DNA of 63,003 nucleotides, counting the filler. It is 7 parts of 7 records of this genome, joined end to end, with 100 filler letters (N's around TTAATTAATTAA, not from the genome) between each part and the next. Parts side by side here need not be neighbours in the genome. Positions count along the whole stretch, not along the records: positions 58,832 to 63,003 come from SRR20825014_90; 6 more parts are not named here. One strand, written 5' to 3'. The notes beneath the pieces were generated by a model. The model had not been told where the DNA came from, ran no database searches, and saw only the letters and a list, made by a program, of their open reading frames with translations. Made by a program: the position numbers and the translations under genes. This document shows positions 61,020 through 63,003 of the stretch, in pieces (position 1 is the stretch's first letter; every line of letters starts with the position of its first letter).

Positions 61020-61177
61020 CTGAGTTGGTTTTCATTCAAAATATAAAAACTTTTTTTAATAATCCATTCATTAACAAGCTTATAACCTAAAACGTTGTAG
61101 TTTTTATTCCTATTTAAGGAAGGAGAAATGATAAGAAATAAGTAACTTGATGTTAATTATAGAAGAACTTACATACT

Positions 61178-62899
61178 ATGAAGGAAAAAGAGACTAATGA
61201 AATTGTAAATCCAGAAGTGCAGCTAGAGATAGATTCGATGGTTGAAGAATATGAAATTGAGCTGCGGAAAGAACTAGACTTATCTAAAGCAAATTCATAT
61301 AAAGAAATAGAAAAGAAAAAACGAACTTTCAAAGCGCGAGTTATTGAAAATGAATTGGAAGATATCCGAAGAGATGTTAAAGAAATTAGAGATGAGGAGA
61401 AGTCTATAATTGGAATTAATTTCTGGATTAGCCTTTTTGTTACAGTCTTAGTAATGATTTTTGCATTTAGTGCTGGAGAGGATCTTGCAGATTTTGCTCA
61501 ATGGATAGCTGGTTTTGTAACTAAATATTTAAATTGGTTTTATGTGTTAGTTGCTTCTGGATTCTTAATTTTTCTATTGTTTTTGGCTTCTGGAAGGTTT
61601 GGTTCTGTTGTGCTAGGACATCCAGATGAGCGCCCAGAGTTTTCTAACTTTTCGTGGTATTCTATGCTATTCTCTGCAGGAATGGGAGTTGGAATATTAT
61701 TTTACGGGAGCGCAGAGCCTATGAGTCATTTTTTAAATTCTCCTGTAGATCCTTCAGGAAGTGCAGCCGCAGCTACCTCTGCAATGACGTATTCTGCATT
61801 TCATTGGGGACTTCATGCGTGGGGTATTTATACCGTTTGCGCTGTAGGAATTGCCTATTATGGATTTAGAAAACGAAAGCGTTATTTGGTCTCCTCGAGT
61901 ATTTTAAATTTTACTTCTAATAAAAAATTACAAACAGTTGTAAAATCTACGACCGATTTAATATCTATTCTTGCAGTTATTTTCGGGGTAAGTACCTCGT
62001 TAGGGGTGGGGGTTTTGCAAATAAGCAAAGGATTAAATCATGTGTTTGACATGGAAACTTCCAATTTTATGGGGTATGCTGTTATTATTTCAATTATTAC
62101 ATTAGTTTTTATTATTTCGTCTTCCACAGGTTTAAAAAAAGGAATTAGAATCTTATCTAATTTGAATATGATTATTGCCATTCTTTTATTGTTATTTGTT
62201 TTTATAGTGGGGAATACATTATTCGATTTGAAAGTTTTTGTTAACTCTATTGGTCAGTATCTTCAGGAGTTACCAGCGTTGAGTTTTAGATTAAATCCAT
62301 ATGATGCTAATTACGAAAATTGGATGGGAGACTGGACGCTTAGTTACTTTACATGGTGGATTGCATGGGCTCCTTTTGTAGGTATTTTTATTGCGAGAAT
62401 TTCTAAAGGAAGAACAGTAAGAGAGCTTATTGTAGGGTGCTTATTAGTGCCTGCAATTTTTAGTTTGTTTTGGTTTTCTGTTTTTGGAGGAACTGCTATT
62501 CATCTAGAAATGATTGATAAAATTCCAATAGGAGGAGCGATGTTGAAAGAGATTAGTGTAGGGACATTTTTATTGTTTGAACAACTTCCGTTGTCAAGTG
62601 TAACTTCAGTAACAGCCTTATTTTTATTGTTTACATTTTTGGTTACATCTGCCGATTCTGCAACTTTTGTAATTAGTATGATGACATCGGAAGGCGACTT
62701 AGATCCCACCATGCGCATGAAAATAACATGGGGAATTGTCTTGGGAGTATTGAGTTTGGTTCTTTTAGCTGGTGGTGGAATTAAAGCTTTGCAAGCAGCT
62801 ACTTTAATATTTGCTTTTCCGTTTTCATTTGTATTGATAATGATTGCACGGTCTCTTTATTTTAGATTGTCCATACAGGTGAAGAAAAAACGATCTTAA
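61178..62899 (+). CDS. BCCT family (betaine/carnitine/choline) transporter
   Basis: SMLFSAGMGVG, HWGLHAWGIY, WWIAWAPFVGIFIARISKGRTVRE and TSADS. Confidence 0.95.
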   Translation: MKEKETNEIVNPEVQLEIDSMVEEYEIELRKELDLSKANSYKEIEKKKRTFKARVIENELEDIRRDVKEIRDEEKSIIGINFWISLFVTVLVMIFAFSAGEDLADFAQWIAGFVTKYLNWFYVLVASGFLIFLLFLASGRFGSVVLGHPDERPEFSNFSWYSMLFSAGMGVGILFYGSAEPMSHFLNSPVDPSGSAAAATSAMTYSAFHWGLHAWGIYTVCAVGIAYYGFRKRKRYLVSSSILNFTSNKKLQTVVKSTTDLISILAVIFGVSTSLGVGVLQISKGLNHVFDMETSNFMGYAVIISIITLVFIISSSTGLKKGIRILSNLNMIIAILLLLFVFIVGNTLFDLKVFVNSIGQYLQELPALSFRLNPYDANYENWMGDWTLSYFTWWIAWAPFVGIFIARISKGRTVRELIVGCLLVPAIFSLFWFSVFGGTAIHLEMIDKIPIGGAMLKEISVGTFLLFEQLPLSSVTSVTALFLLFTFLVTSADSATFVISMMTSEGDLDPTMRMKITWGIVLGVLSLVLLAGGGIKALQAATLIFAFPFSFVLIMIARSLYFRLSIQVKKKRS

Positions 62900-63003
62900 C
62901 GTTGAAGTTTTATAGCAATTAAAATAATTTATACTAAAGTTGGTCTGTCCACATATAAAAAAAAGTGGCTTTTTAAAAAGTATCTAAACTCTAAATGTCA
63001 TCC

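Noticed and set aside
1..63003. Search for CRISPR arrays, tRNA/rRNA, and integrase, transposase or phage genes
   Set aside because: No repeat-spacer periodicity, cloverleaf or rRNA signatures, or such protein motifs were seen by eye; tRNAscan and Infernal were not run.

Overview
This window is not one locus. It is seven unrelated contigs joined by six artificial 100-nt spacers (N44-TTAATTAATTAA-N44). Taxonomic labels below are inferences from gene content and composition. (1) 1-29556: Alcanivorax-like gammaproteobacterial chromosome. The miaB-ybeZ-ybeY-corC-lnt cluster is split by a sulfate ABC operon, a duplicated beta-propeller lipoprotein and a B-box/rhomboid-pseudoprotease/lipoprotein block. 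It also carries SCO/PCuAC, porins, PIN-PhoH, ompW, glpE and partial rhlB. (2) 29657-35641 and (5) 48755-54396: Thalassospira-like alphaproteobacterium (class I lysS, PAS kinase plus REC-PAS-GGDEF-EAL, MCP; trpGDC-moaC-lexA, comEC, gltX start). (3) 35742-42796 and (4) 42897-48654: high-GC Bradymonadales/myxobacteria-like contigs that share a family of long palindromic repeats near their ends. They encode a TPR-S1-RGG protein, a divergent TsaC, Gsp and an AraC-controlled DUF3291-like module. (6) 54497-58731: a eukaryotic-looking, apparently intronless, co-oriented gene run. (7) 58832-63003: AT-rich Flavobacteriaceae-like DNA (AI-2E, MscS, BCCT). No rRNA, tRNA, CRISPR array or transposase gene was seen. 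The best candidates for undescribed biology are the catalytically dead rhomboid/B-box-TPR pair, the palindrome family with adjacent IS-like ends, the TPR-S1-RGG protein and a switch-like leader upstream of PIN-PhoH.
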